From positions 7,615-71,614 of the forward strand of contig CAVPQU010000020.1 of the NCBI GenBank assembly GCA_963707665.1: a stretch of DNA of 64,000 nucleotides, written 5' to 3'. The stretch is from an uncultured beta proteobacterium. Lineage in GTDB: Bacteria > Pseudomonadota > Gammaproteobacteria > Burkholderiales > Burkholderiaceae_D. A model generated the notes under the pieces. It did not search any database. It was not told the DNA's origin and saw only the letters and a program-made list of their open reading frames with translations. A program made the position numbers and the translations under genes. Shown piece by piece: positions 1-9,767 of the stretch (within the stretch, counting starts at the first letter, position 1; every line of letters starts with the position of its first letter).

Positions 1-488
1 ACCAGCGGTTTTGCGCCAGCACCGAAATCCTCGCCAAACTGATATCGAACGCGCCGCGCGCGGTGTCCCTGAAACAGATCGAAGAATGTACCGGCCGCCC
101 CGCCGCCGAGTTGGAACCGCTCTGCACCGACCTCGAGCGCGCCGGTTTGCTGCGCCGGCCGGATCGCCAGCAAGACAGCTGGACGCTGGCTTGCCGCGCG
201 GCCGATGCCACGCTGGAAGACGTGTTTCGCAGCGCGATCGGCGTGCGCGCCGAACCGGCGCGGAGCGCCGCGCGCGAGTCTGCCCATGCGGAAGTCGAAT
301 TGCTGATGATGCAGGTAACGATGGCGATCAACCAGAGCGTGTTGCGCCATTTGCGCCAGTTCCCGCTGGATCGGCTGAAGTCGCGCGCCAACGCCTGGCC
401 GGTGTCCAATGCAGCACAACGCTCGCCGGCGCGCGGGCTGCGTTATCCGGACGCGTCCGATTACGGCCTGGCGCGCGCCGGGTTTTGA
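1..488 (+). CDS. Rrf2-family (IscR/BadM-like) transcriptional regulator, C-terminal part; 5' end lies outside the window
   Basis: The frame stays open from base 3. The wHTH-like segment ...VSLKQIEECTGRPAAELEPLCTDLERAGLLRR... followed by ATLEDVFRS matches the Rrf2 layout. The listed ORF 63..488 simply starts at an internal GTG. Confidence 0.5.
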   Translation, partial: QRFCASTEILAKLISNAPRAVSLKQIEECTGRPAAELEPLCTDLERAGLLRRPDRQQDSWTLACRAADATLEDVFRSAIGVRAEPARSAARESAHAEVELLMMQVTMAINQSVLRHLRQFPLDRLKSRANAWPVSNAAQRSPARGLRYPDASDYGLARAGF

Positions 489-575
489 AGCAGGCGGTAA
501 CCGGCGCCATCGTCAGGCGTGCCGGCCGCGCCGGGACGTGCGCCTGCATCTCCGGCAAGACTCTTATCCGATAAC

Positions 576-635
576 ATACTCCTCGTATCGAACTTAATTT
601 GCGGCTGCCAAATGGTAGTTTAGGCAATATACCCA
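576..635 (+). repeat. Bipartite ATACYCC box pair, copy a (box starts 53 bp apart)
   Basis: ATACTCC at 576-582 and ATACCCA at 629-635. AAAT sits at +35..38 and TTT at +44..46 of the unit. Intergenic, between the Rrf2 gene and the zinc-ribbon gene. Confidence 0.8.
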
Positions 636-871
636 CCCATTTATGCTCAGTCCTGCGCTGTTGGTGAGCATGCATCTTGCCAGCCGCACGTCGCCACGTA
701 CGGAGGGCGCGCAGTCGATTTTTCCTGAATCGCCCTATTCCCTGGCAGTGTGTGAGTGTGTGCAAAAAAAGCATGCTTTCGAACAACTATTGCTAGAATG
801 CCACTTTTGCAAAACCCGGCACTTCGTTGAAGTCCGGCTGTAACCGCTGGTCCACTTGGGAGACGCACCCG

Positions 872-1729
872 ATGAAGTGTTCAAGTTGCCATGCCGAGAA
901 TGACGACGGCGCCAAATTCTGCCGGGCCTGCGGCCAAGCGCTCGCGCCACCGCCAGCGGCCGAGCCGACCGTTGCCTGCCGTTATTGCCACGCGCTGAAT
1001 AAACCGGGGGCGCGCTTTTGCATCAGCTGCGGCCAGCTGATGCCGGCCCCGCTCGCGGCGACAGCTGCGCCGATGGCGGCGGAACCGTTTGCCATGGCCG
1101 ATCTAGCCGCAGGCACGGCGCAGCCGGCCGCTGGCCAGCGCCGCACCGGCCTGGCGCTGATCATCGGTATCCTGCTGCTGGCACTGATCGCGGCCGCCGC
1201 CTACTGGATGGTGGAGCGGCAGGGCGCTTCCGGCGCCGCGTCCAGCGAGGTGCAGCTGGAAACGCAGGCGAGCGACTCCGAGCCGGTCGCGGCCCAAACA
1301 TTGGAGCCCGAGGCCGGGCTTGAGCCGGAAGCACCGGCGCCCGCCGCCGGGGCCGCGCCCGAACCCGCTGCGCCGCCGCAGCCGGACGTGCCAGCGGCCG
1401 GCGCTGCTGCACCCGCCAAGGCAGCGGCCGCCGAGAAGAAAAAACCGACCAAAACCGAACGGCAGGCGCCGCGCGTCAAAAGCTACGACGAAGAAAATTA
1501 TCCGCAGCCGAGCGGCCCGGACCGCACAGCGAAAGCGCCGGCGCGGGCGGCATCTGCGGGCTGGTATGTCGAACTGAAAGCCGAACTGCAGCGCTGCGCC
1601 AGCGGCGGCAACTTCATCAGCCGCGCGGTGTGCAGCGAAAAAGCCAAATTCCGTTTTTGCGGCGCCGGCAATCATTGGGGCGAAGTGCCGGAATGCATCA
1701 AATCCAATGACGGATCAAACAGTTACTAA
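872..1729 (+). CDS. Double zinc-ribbon membrane-anchored protein with an Ala/Pro-rich linker and a Cys-rich C-terminal domain
   Basis: Two CxxC...CxxC ribbons (MKCSSCHAEN..FCRACG and CRYCHALN..FCISCG), one TM helix (GLALIIGILLLALIAAAAYW), a long A/P/E low-complexity stretch, and a C-terminal WYVELKAEL..C..VCSEKAKFRFCG..WGEVPEC. Start taken at ATG 872 inside ORF 827..1729. Confidence 0.7.
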   Translation: MKCSSCHAENDDGAKFCRACGQALAPPPAAEPTVACRYCHALNKPGARFCISCGQLMPAPLAATAAPMAAEPFAMADLAAGTAQPAAGQRRTGLALIIGILLLALIAAAAYWMVERQGASGAASSEVQLETQASDSEPVAAQTLEPEAGLEPEAPAPAAGAAPEPAAPPQPDVPAAGAAAPAKAAAAEKKKPTKTERQAPRVKSYDEENYPQPSGPDRTAKAPARAASAGWYVELKAELQRCASGGNFISRAVCSEKAKFRFCGAGNHWGEVPECIKSNDGSNSY

Positions 1730-1747
1730 CTAACGGAGACCGCAGCC

Positions 1748-2911
1748 ATGAATACAACGACATCCCTCAAGGCCGGTTCATCCTGGAGCCTGCTGCGTCT
1801 GGGCGAAGCCTGGCGCAATAAAGCCGGTCTCTGCACGCTCCTGGTGAGTTTCGTCAGCGCGGCGGTGCTGACCGCTGCCGGCACCGCCAGCGGCGTGTTC
1901 GCGATTGCCGCGCTGCTCGGCCTTTTGGCCTTCGTGATCCTGATCCTGGGTGTCAATGCGGCCGGCATCCAGTTCATGGAACAGGCCACCGGACGGCCGG
2001 TCAGCGGCGTGGCGGCGGCCTTCCTGGCCAGCCCGATGGTCGCCTTGCGGGCGCTGGGGCTGGGCATCCTGCTGTTCCTGCTGATGCTGGTGTTTACCGC
2101 CCTGGCGGCGCTGGTGCTGTTCGTTTGCAAGATTCCGGTCGCCGGCGCGCTGCTGTACGCGCTGGCGCTGCCGATACTGGTGTTTGCCGCGGCCCTGGCA
2201 TTCCTCGGCCTGTACGTGGCCAGCAGCCTGGCGGCGCCGGCGTTGTGGGAGGGTCACAGCCTGAAGAGCGCGCTGTCGCAATTGTGGGCGATCGCCACGC
2301 AACGGCCGATGGAAGCCTTCCTGAACCTGATGCTGCTGGTGCTGGCCGCGACCCTGATCAGCCTGCTGGTTTTCGGCTTCCTCGGAGCCGGCGCCAGCAT
2401 GATCGGTGGGCTGTCGGCAGCGATCCTGGGCAGCGACCTGATGTTTGGTTTTGGCGCCATGTTCAGCCGCGGTGGCGGCGGCAGTGGCTTGGTCACCGCC
2501 GCCATGTTCGGCGCCGGCATCGTGATGGCCGTTGCGGTCGCCTTGTACATGGCGATGTTCATGCTGGGACTGGCGCTGACTTATCTCAAGGTGAGCGACG
2601 GCATCGACCTCGCGGCGGCACAGCAGGCGATGGATGCGGCTCTCGCCAAAACCCGTGAACGGGCGCAACAGATGGCGGAGGAGGCCAAGCGCCGCGGCGA
2701 GGAGGCGCGTGTTGCAGCCCAGCAGCGGCTGGAGCAGATGCGTGCCCAGAATGCTGCTGCTGCTGCTGCGTCGGTGGCCGACGTTCCGCTACCCGATCCG
2801 GCCGTTTCACCGCCAGCGCTCACGGCCGCGGCGCTCACTTGCCCGGGTTGTGATGCCGGGGTGCAGGCGAGCGACGCCTTCTGCGGCAATTGCGGGCATC
2901 AGCTGGCGTAG
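1748..2911 (+). CDS. Polytopic membrane protein with a C-terminal coiled-coil and zinc ribbon
   Basis: Multiple hydrophobic helices, a charged coiled segment (RERAQQMAEEAKRRGEEARVAAQQRLEQMRAQ), and terminal CPGCDAGV..FCGNCGHQL. GGAGA RBS 7 nt upstream. Lies 18 bp after the previous gene. Confidence 0.7.
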   Translation: MNTTTSLKAGSSWSLLRLGEAWRNKAGLCTLLVSFVSAAVLTAAGTASGVFAIAALLGLLAFVILILGVNAAGIQFMEQATGRPVSGVAAAFLASPMVALRALGLGILLFLLMLVFTALAALVLFVCKIPVAGALLYALALPILVFAAALAFLGLYVASSLAAPALWEGHSLKSALSQLWAIATQRPMEAFLNLMLLVLAATLISLLVFGFLGAGASMIGGLSAAILGSDLMFGFGAMFSRGGGGSGLVTAAMFGAGIVMAVAVALYMAMFMLGLALTYLKVSDGIDLAAAQQAMDAALAKTRERAQQMAEEAKRRGEEARVAAQQRLEQMRAQNAAAAAASVADVPLPDPAVSPPALTAAALTCPGCDAGVQASDAFCGNCGHQLA

Positions 2912-3004
2912 TCGAGCCGGTCACGTTCCGCGGCTGGAAAAGCTGCGTTATGATGGGCCGACGCCGGACCCGCGCCGATACCAAATGCGCGGGCCGGCAG
3001 TCAA

Positions 3005-3029
3005 ATGGGGCAGCAGCCCCATTTTTTTC
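3005..3029 (+). terminator. Rho-independent terminator after the zinc-ribbon gene pair
   Basis: ATGGGGC-agca-GCCCCAT stem followed by TTTTTT. Confidence 0.6.
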
Positions 3030-3064
3030 GCGTTGCGGCCAGCGCCGCGACGGGCGGCAAGAGG

Positions 3065-3280
3065 ATGCAGAAGATGATGGAAGAACGGCTGGTCGAGATC
3101 GAAATCAAGTTGACGCGGCAGGAAGATTTACTGGAAACCCTGAACCAGATGGTGTATTCGCAGCAAAAAAAGATCGATGAACTGCAGGCGCTGTGCGCGG
3201 CGCTCGCCGCGCACGTCGGCAATCGCAGCGACGACGGCAGTGAACGCCGCTTGCCGGACGAGCGCCCGCCGCACTACTGA
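3065..3280 (+). CDS. slyX: SlyX family protein
   Basis: MQKMMEERLVEIEIKLTRQEDLLETLNQMVYSQQKKIDELQ is a typical SlyX coiled coil. Start moved to ATG 3065 because the longer ORF overlaps the upstream terminator. Confidence 0.75.
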   Translation: MQKMMEERLVEIEIKLTRQEDLLETLNQMVYSQQKKIDELQALCAALAAHVGNRSDDGSERRLPDERPPHY

Positions 3281-3807
3281 AGGCCAAGCGCCACGGTGCT
3301 GCCCGGCGCACCGGCCTGGGCCTGGCGATAGAGCAGCAGGATGCGCGCCATCCGGCCGATGAAAATCCCGCTGAAGGACCCATACAGGGCGCAGACGCCG
3401 GCCACGAACGGCATCTGCTGCGCGTAGGCCGGCTGCAGCGCCAGCAGCACGCCGACTGCATACTTGGTCAGGAAGATCCCCATCATCAGCAGCATCGGCT
3501 GCCAGCTGCCGTACAGGACGACGCTGCCGTGCTGCGGCTGGGCCGCCACGCTGTTGCGGTCGAACAGCAGCCAGGCAGCGGCGCCGCCGATGGCAAAGCA
3601 CAGTAGCCAGAGCGGTGCCGTGACGGCGCTCAGGCCGAACGCTGCCACCGTGCTCTGGACCGACAGCACCAGCATCACCAGCGGCATGATCAGGGTCTTG
3701 CGCAGCGCCACGCTGCGGTCGGTACTGGCCAAGAGGCCACGGTAGATCAGGAAAGCCAGCAGCGCCCAGACCCATAGCGGCGTATTGACGATGATTTGTT
3801 GCAGCAT
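3274..3807 (-). CDS. Small integral membrane protein (possibly DUF6622-type)
   Basis: MLQQIIVNTPLWVWALLAFLIYRGL... with 4-5 predicted TM helices. GGAGG RBS before ATG 3807. Confidence 0.6.
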   Translation of the reverse strand: MLQQIIVNTPLWVWALLAFLIYRGLLASTDRSVALRKTLIMPLVMLVLSVQSTVAAFGLSAVTAPLWLLCFAIGGAAAWLLFDRNSVAAQPQHGSVVLYGSWQPMLLMMGIFLTKYAVGVLLALQPAYAQQMPFVAGVCALYGSFSGIFIGRMARILLLYRQAQAGAPGSTVALGLQ

Positions 3808-4073
3808 GATGCCTCCAGTCGAAAAGTATTCCGGCACACCGGTGTGGACCGGGAATGGGTACTCATGCTGCCGCCAACGGCGGGCGCCGCCAAGCGCCGT
3901 GCGACGAAACGCAGTCGGCAGGGTGTGAAACGCGCCAGACGGCGATGAATGGCGGCCACCAGGCAGCCGTCAGCCGCAAGCCAGGGCGGCGCTGCTAAAC
4001 TGTGGCGATGGCCAGCCGGCCACCGTCGGCGGCCCGGAAAGCCACGCCTCACTCATGGACAGAAAGGCCCATC

Positions 4074-4349
4074 ATGACCACCGACAACCTGAAGCAGTCG
4101 CTGAAGAACCTGCACGCGCGGCTGGCAACAACTGCCGACGCCGATCCCGAGTTGCGGGCTCTGCTGCAGACGCTGGAAAACGATATCCAGACCTTGCTGG
4201 CAGGCGAGCAAACGGGCGGGACAGCGCCGGAGCAGAGCCGCCTGTTGCAGCAGGCGCAAGCCCTCTCGGCCAAGTTCGCGGTGCGCCACCCGCACATGGA
4301 GCCGGCACTGCGCGAACTGGCCGATATCCTCGCCCGCATGGGAATTTGA
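4074..4349 (+). CDS. DUF4404 family protein
   Basis: MTTDNLKQSLKNLHARL...DPELRALLQTLENDIQTLL...RHPHMEPALRELADILARMGI matches the DUF4404 pattern as I remember it. Confidence 0.6.
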   Translation: MTTDNLKQSLKNLHARLATTADADPELRALLQTLENDIQTLLAGEQTGGTAPEQSRLLQQAQALSAKFAVRHPHMEPALRELADILARMGI

Positions 4350-4401
4350 TGCAGCGCCGGCGTGCCCCGCCCTGCCCAACGCCGACAACAGGAAAAAATA
4401 T

Positions 4402-5253
4402 ATGAGTCAATCCGATTTCACCAACATGGCGCTGTTTTGCGACTTCGAAAACATTGCGCTCGGCGTGCGCGACGCCCGCTATGCGCAATTCGATATCCGC
4501 AAGGTGCTGGAGCGGCTGCTGCTGAAAGGCAGCATCGTAGTCAAGAAAGCGTATTGCGACTGGGAGCGCTACAAGGACTTCAAGAGCACGATGCACGAAG
4601 CTGCGTTCGAGCTGATCGAGATTCCGCACCTGCGGCAGTCGGGCAAGAATTCGGCCGACATCCGTATGGTGGTCGACGCGCTCGACCTCTGCTACACCAA
4701 GTCGCACGTCGACGCCTTCGTCATCATCAGCGGCGACTCGGATTTTTCGCCGCTGGTATCCAAGCTGCGCGAGAACAACAAGTACGTGATCGGCATCGGC
4801 GTCAAGGATTCGACCTCCGACCTCCTGGCCGCCAATTGCGACGAATTCATCTTCTACGACGACCTGGTGCGCGAGCAGGAAGCGAAGCGCAGGCGCGCCG
4901 AGAAGAAGGCGCCGGTCAAGGCCGCCGCCAGCGGCAGCGCGAAAAAGCCGGCCGCCAAAAAAGCCGGGGAGAAAGGCGAGGAGCGGGGCGACGAAGACCG
5001 CCACCAGGAAGCGCTCGACTTCCTGATCGAAACCATCGAAGCGCTGATCGCCGAACGCGGCGAGGACAAGATCTGGTATTCGATGATCAAGCCCACCATG
5101 CAGCGTCGCCGGCCCGGCTTCACCGAATCCAGCTACGGCTACCGCTCGTTCCGGGAACTGCTGGAAGACGCCCAAAAGCGCCATCTGCTGACCATGGTGC
5201 GCGACGACAAGGCGGGGCAGTACACGATGCGCTTGCCGGCCGGCGACGACTGA
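4402..5253 (+). CDS. NYN-domain (LabA-like) ribonuclease-fold protein with a C-terminal OST-HTH/LOTUS domain
   Basis: N-terminal ALFCDFENI...GKNSADIRMVVDALD...FVIISGDSDFSPLVSKLRE is a NYN/PIN-like acidic motif set. A K/A/E-rich linker follows. C-terminal ...WYSMIKPTMQRRRPGFTESSYGYRSFRELLEDA resembles LOTUS. Confidence 0.75.
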   Translation: MSQSDFTNMALFCDFENIALGVRDARYAQFDIRKVLERLLLKGSIVVKKAYCDWERYKDFKSTMHEAAFELIEIPHLRQSGKNSADIRMVVDALDLCYTKSHVDAFVIISGDSDFSPLVSKLRENNKYVIGIGVKDSTSDLLAANCDEFIFYDDLVREQEAKRRRAEKKAPVKAAASGSAKKPAAKKAGEKGEERGDEDRHQEALDFLIETIEALIAERGEDKIWYSMIKPTMQRRRPGFTESSYGYRSFRELLEDAQKRHLLTMVRDDKAGQYTMRLPAGDD

Positions 5254-5330
5254 CCGGGCCCCAGGCGGCCGCCTGTTTACCGGGCCAGCGCCATCTGTAC
5301 CGAACCGCGGCGTAGCGTTCCGCTTGGCGT

Positions 5331-6509
5331 TCAGTGCAGCGGCCGGCCCAATGCCACGCTCTCCCAGATCGCCACCACCATCAGGATGGCGGTGGTGAGC
5401 ACGCTCAACGCCAGCGCCGGCAACAGGTGGGCGAGCGCCGGCGGCAGCAGCGCGCACAACATCAGCAGGCCGCCCAGATGCGACAGCGGCGGCCGCGGGC
5501 GGTCGTTGGTCACCCACTTGAACAGTGCCGTGCCCAGCAGGTAGAGCATCGGCCCGCCGACGATGGCGGCGATGTCGGCGTTGGCTACCGCTTCAGGATG
5601 CACCAATGCCAGATCGTCGGCGACCGCGCAGACGATGATGCCGCCGACGATCAGCGCATGCAGGTAGGTGTAGGCCAGGCGCGCGTGGCGCCCTGGATCG
5701 CGGGAGTGCGCGATGCGGTCGTGCGCGCGCTCGGCGCCGGTATCGAAATAGATCCACCACATTGCCATGCAGCCGAGCAGCGCCGCCAGAAACGCCAGCT
5801 CGGTGTCGGGATTCCATTCCGAGCCGGCGAAGGTGCTGCCGGTCACCAGCAGCGACTCCCCCAGCGCGATGATCACGAACAGCCCGCAGCGTTCGGCCAG
5901 GTGATCGGCGTCCACATTCCAGTCGGTGCTGCTGGAGCGCCCGAGGCCCGGCACCCAGAAGTACAGCGCCGGCGAGGCGAATTCCAGCAGCAGCGCCAGC
6001 GCCCACCAGGTGACGCGCCCATTGCCCGTCGCCAGGCCGCCGTTGATCCAGAAAACACCCGACAGGCCGAGCCATACCAGGATGCGCTGAAAATTGCGCA
6101 CGAGATTCCGTTCTTCGCCGCGCGCCGCCCACAGGAAGAACAGCGTACGGCCGATCTGCATGAACACATAGGCGCCGGCAAACACCAGGCCGCTGGCGGT
6201 AAACGCGCCGGGAATCGAGACCGACATCAGCAGCCCGGCCAGCATCAGCACGAACAGGCAGAGCCGAACCGGGATGCGGTCGGGGTCCAGCCAATTGGTC
6301 ACCCAGGAGGTGTATATCCATACCCACCACACGGCCAGCAGCAGTAGCGTGCCTTCCAGCGCGCCACGGAAGGTCAGCTGCACCAGCAACGTGTGCGACA
6401 GCCGCGTGATCGCGAACACGAACACCAGATCGAAAAACAGTTCGATCATGGTGACCTTGCCGCTGGCCGGCTGCTCGCGCTGGCGCAGCAGCGAAGGGGC
6501 TTTTTTCAT
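5331..6509 (-). CDS. Low-temperature-requirement protein A (LtrA) family membrane protein
   Basis: VTMIELFFDLVFVFAITRLSH N-terminal signature and about 10 TM helices. Confidence 0.8.
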   Translation of the reverse strand: MKKAPSLLRQREQPASGKVTMIELFFDLVFVFAITRLSHTLLVQLTFRGALEGTLLLLAVWWVWIYTSWVTNWLDPDRIPVRLCLFVLMLAGLLMSVSIPGAFTASGLVFAGAYVFMQIGRTLFFLWAARGEERNLVRNFQRILVWLGLSGVFWINGGLATGNGRVTWWALALLLEFASPALYFWVPGLGRSSSTDWNVDADHLAERCGLFVIIALGESLLVTGSTFAGSEWNPDTELAFLAALLGCMAMWWIYFDTGAERAHDRIAHSRDPGRHARLAYTYLHALIVGGIIVCAVADDLALVHPEAVANADIAAIVGGPMLYLLGTALFKWVTNDRPRPPLSHLGGLLMLCALLPPALAHLLPALALSVLTTAILMVVAIWESVALGRPLH

Positions 6510-6614
6510 CGCGAACCCCGGCAGTCCGGCGCGCCGACATCCCGCTGCGCCGCCGCTATCGCATCCGTGCGCGCTGGCGACGTTCGCATCGAGGAGACCA
6601 TGCGGGCTGTGCTG

Positions 6615-7598
6615 TCACGGCACCAGCAGCTGCCACGGCCGCGCCTGGCGCCACGGCTCTACCCACTCCGGCGGCAGCACCAGGCAGAAGGCGCCGATAT
6701 CGGCCACCAGCGCGCCCAGCGCCGGCGATTGCACCGTCACGCCCTGCGTCAGATGCGGGAAGCGGCTATCGATTTCGCCTTGCACCAGCGGCGCCAGCCA
6801 GGCGGCGTGGTGGCTCCAGATGCCGCCGCCGACCACGATGCGGCGCAAATCGAGCGCCGCCACCAGGTTGTACAGCGCCCGTCCGAAGCGGCGCGCCGCC
6901 TGCGTGACCAGCGCCAGGTCGGCAGCGTCGCCGCGCGCCGCGCCGGCGAACAGTTGCTGCGCCGATTTGCCGCAGCGCAGCTCCAGGTTGCGGCCGCCGA
7001 CCAGCGCTTCCAGGTCGCCGCGATTGCCGCAACCGCAGAGTGCGTCCGACTGCTCGCTGATCAGCATGTGGCCGGCGTGGCCGGCATTGCCGCGCTTGCC
7101 GCGCAGCACGTGGCCATCGACGCACAGGCCGAAGCCGATGCCGGTGCTCCAGGTGACGTAGGCGCAGTCCGGCTCGTCTTGCAGCGCGCCAAAGCTGCGT
7201 TCGGCGATCAGCGCGGCGACGCCGTCGTTGGCGATGGTCACCGTGGCGAAGTGTTCGCGCAGCACCTGCTCCAGCGGGATCGAGCGCCAGTCGTTGGGCA
7301 GGCCGCGCGCGCCGCTGCCGCCGCACAGGTTTGGTGCCGCCACTTCCAGGCCGCGCGTGCCGTACACGAACGGGCCGCAGCTGGAAACGCCGAGCTGCCG
7401 CAGCGCGGCCGGCGCGATGCCCGCCTGGCGGCAGACCGCGTGCAGCAGCGCGACCGCCTGCTCGGCGACGGCGCGTTCGCTGCCGGCCTTGACGGTGGGT
7501 TGGCTGAGGCGCGCCAGCGGGCCGGAGGCGCTGGCGATGCTGGCGGCGATTTTGGTGCCGCCGATGTCAAGGGCGCCGATGCAGGGGGAATTGGTCAT
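6615..7598 (-). CDS. ROK family sugar kinase
   Basis: IGALDIGGTKIAA ATP-binding motif and the ROK zinc motif GHMLI...CGCGNRGDLEAL. Start taken at ATG 7598 (MTNSPC...). Confidence 0.8.
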   Translation of the reverse strand: MTNSPCIGALDIGGTKIAASIASASGPLARLSQPTVKAGSERAVAEQAVALLHAVCRQAGIAPAALRQLGVSSCGPFVYGTRGLEVAAPNLCGGSGARGLPNDWRSIPLEQVLREHFATVTIANDGVAALIAERSFGALQDEPDCAYVTWSTGIGFGLCVDGHVLRGKRGNAGHAGHMLISEQSDALCGCGNRGDLEALVGGRNLELRCGKSAQQLFAGAARGDAADLALVTQAARRFGRALYNLVAALDLRRIVVGGGIWSHHAAWLAPLVQGEIDSRFPHLTQGVTVQSPALGALVADIGAFCLVLPPEWVEPWRQARPWQLLVP

Positions 7599-7628
7599 GG
7601 GGTCGCGGATGAAGTCTGGATGCGAAAT

Positions 7629-7688
7629 ATACTCCAGTGGTTTATGTCGATTGGCGCGCTTGAAATGGTCGTTTTTACAATATACTCC
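7629..7688 (+). repeat. Bipartite ATACYCC box pair, copy b
   Basis: ATACTCC at 7629-7635 and ATACTCC at 7682-7688. AAATGG at +35..40. Lies between the GH15 stop and the ROK start, both on the minus strand. Confidence 0.85.
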
Positions 7689-7943
7689 GCTATTTTTTCC
7701 TTGTCGCAATCGAATGTCGAATCCGGCTTGGCGCTTGCGGGCGATTCGTCAAGACGCGGCCGCTCGCCGCCGTGGCGCAGACGTCGATCTCGCGCTACAA
7801 GCACAAAGGCATGGCAAAAAAACCGGCATACCCGTGTGCGGCCATCAATGCCTGAAGCAGGGCGAATCGGGAAAGCCGCACCTGCTTGCAACCGCCAACG
7901 GCGATAGAGTCCGGTTTGGTGTTCTTGCGGCCGGCGCCGCGCT

Positions 7944-9767
7944 TCAATACGCCTCATCCCATGCAATGCTGAGCCGGGCCGCGCATTGCAGCAAGCCGAC
8001 CATGCTGTAGGTCTGCGGGAAATTGCCCCACTGCTCGCCGGTATCCGGCACCACGTCTTCGGCCAGCAGACCCAGGTGGTTGCGGCGCGCCAAAACGCCT
8101 TCGAACAGTTGGCGCGCGCGTTCGGTGTCGCCGATCTGTGCCAGGGCCTGGATCCACCACAGCGTGCAGACCAGGAACGCGGTTTCGGGGCGGCCGAAAT
8201 CGTCTTCCTCGTCGTAGCGCAGCAGGAAATCGCCGCGCCGCAGATATTTTTCGGTGGCGCGCACGGTGCCGGCGAAGCGCGGGTCGTTGGGCGCCAGGAA
8301 GTGGATTTCCGCCATCAGCAGCAGGCTGGCGTCCAGGTGCTCGCCATGGAAGGTCGAGACGAAACTGCCGAGCTGCGGATTCCAGGCGGCGTCGCAAATT
8401 TCCTGGTGAATGCTGGCGTGCGTGCGCTTCCCATTTTTCTGCGTGCTGCGGCAGGCCCAGCTGGCGCGCGATGCTGTTCAGACGGTCGCAGGCGGCCCAG
8501 CACATGACGCTGGAAAAGGTGTGCACCCGGCGCGCGCCGCGCAATTCCCAGATGCCGGCGTCCGGCACGTTGTAGTTCAGCACCGCCTGCTCGCCCAGCC
8601 GCTCCAGATCCTCGAACAGCCGGCGGTCCGCCGGCCGCTCCAGCCGCATGTCGAAAAAGGCATGCGTGCCGGCCAGGATGGCCGAGCCGAACACATCGTT
8701 TTGCACCTGGCAATAGGCCAGGTTGCCGATGCGCACCGGCCCCATGCCGCGATAGCCGGCCAGCGCCGGCATTTCGTGCTCTTCCAGCGCTGCCTCGCGC
8801 CGAATGCCGTACACCGGCTGCAGCGGCGCATCGCGGGTGTCGGCGATCACGTTCAGGATGTATTGCAGGTAGCGCTCCATCGTACCGGTCGCGCCCAGGC
8901 GGTTCAAGGCGTTCACCACGAAGTAGGCGTCGCGCAGCCAGCAGTAGCGGTAATCCCAGTTGCGGCCGCTGTGCGGCGCTTCCGGAATCGAGGTGGTGAC
9001 GGCGGCGATCACGGCGCCGGTATCGTCGAAGGCATTCAGCTTCAGCGTGATGGCGGCGCGGATCGTCACGTCCTGCCATTCGAACGGCAGCGCCAGGTTG
9101 CGTACCCAGCGGTGCCAGTAGAGTTGCGTCTTTTCATAGAACGAGCGGCCAATCTCGGCCGGCGAGCCATCGACCGGTTCATCCGGCCCCATCAGCAGCG
9201 TGATGCTGCCGCGCAGGTAAAACGGCCGCTCGTCGCTGATCGCCGAGATCGAGGCATCGGTGGTCAGTCGCATCGCATGGGCCGAACCGACATAGGAAAT
9301 ATGGTGCGTGCCATAGTGCGTGCTGGCCGCCGTTTCGCCATAGCGGATCGCTGGGCGCGTGTGCAGCGCGATGCGCGGCCGACCGGCGCTGCAGCGAATC
9401 AGGCGTATCAGCATGGCTGGCGCGAAGGTGCGGCCGTAATGATAGAAGCGCGGCGCGAAATCGATGACTTCGATCGCGTTGCCGGCGCTATCGGCAAAGC
9501 GGCTGCACAGGATCGCGGTGTTTTTCTCGTAATGCTGATCCACCAGCAGCGCGTCGTCGAACTGCAGGCCGATCACGCCCCATCCCGGGGCCGCCCGGCC
9601 CCGGCTTCCGCCTCCGGCCGCTTGGGCTGCAGCAGCGCACAGCAGATCGGGTCGCTGTCGAAGTACGGATAACACCACCAGACGATGTTGGCGTTGCGGT
9701 CGATCAGCGCGCTGGTGCGGGAATTGCCGATCAGGCCAAGGTCAAGCGTTTGATCCGGAGTCTGCAT
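7944..9767 (-). pseudogene. Glycoside hydrolase family 15 (glucoamylase/trehalase-like), split over three frames
   Basis: N-terminus LDLGLIGNSRTSALID..IVWWCYPYFDSDP is in ORF 9573..9767. The core NWDYRYCWLRDAYF... is in ORF 7954..9678. The C-terminus ...LLRYDEEDDFGRPETAFLVCTLWWIQAL... is in ORF 7944..8315. Frame switches fall near 9595 and 8415. Confidence 0.8.

Noticed and set aside
643-843. A 66-codon ORF starting just after bipartite element copy a.
   Set aside because: It has no RBS, odd composition and no recognisable family. It lies in a promoter-like intergenic region.
4072-5517. Long antisense or alternative-frame ORFs rich in Arg/Ala/Gly/Pro. Examples are 4072..5517(-), 17607..19835(-), 45105..47282(-), 46924..48969(-), 20815..21969(-) and 1778..2668(-).
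   Set aside because: These are typical shadow ORFs of high-GC DNA opposite or overlapping genes with clear family signatures. They have low-complexity R/A/G/P composition and no motifs.
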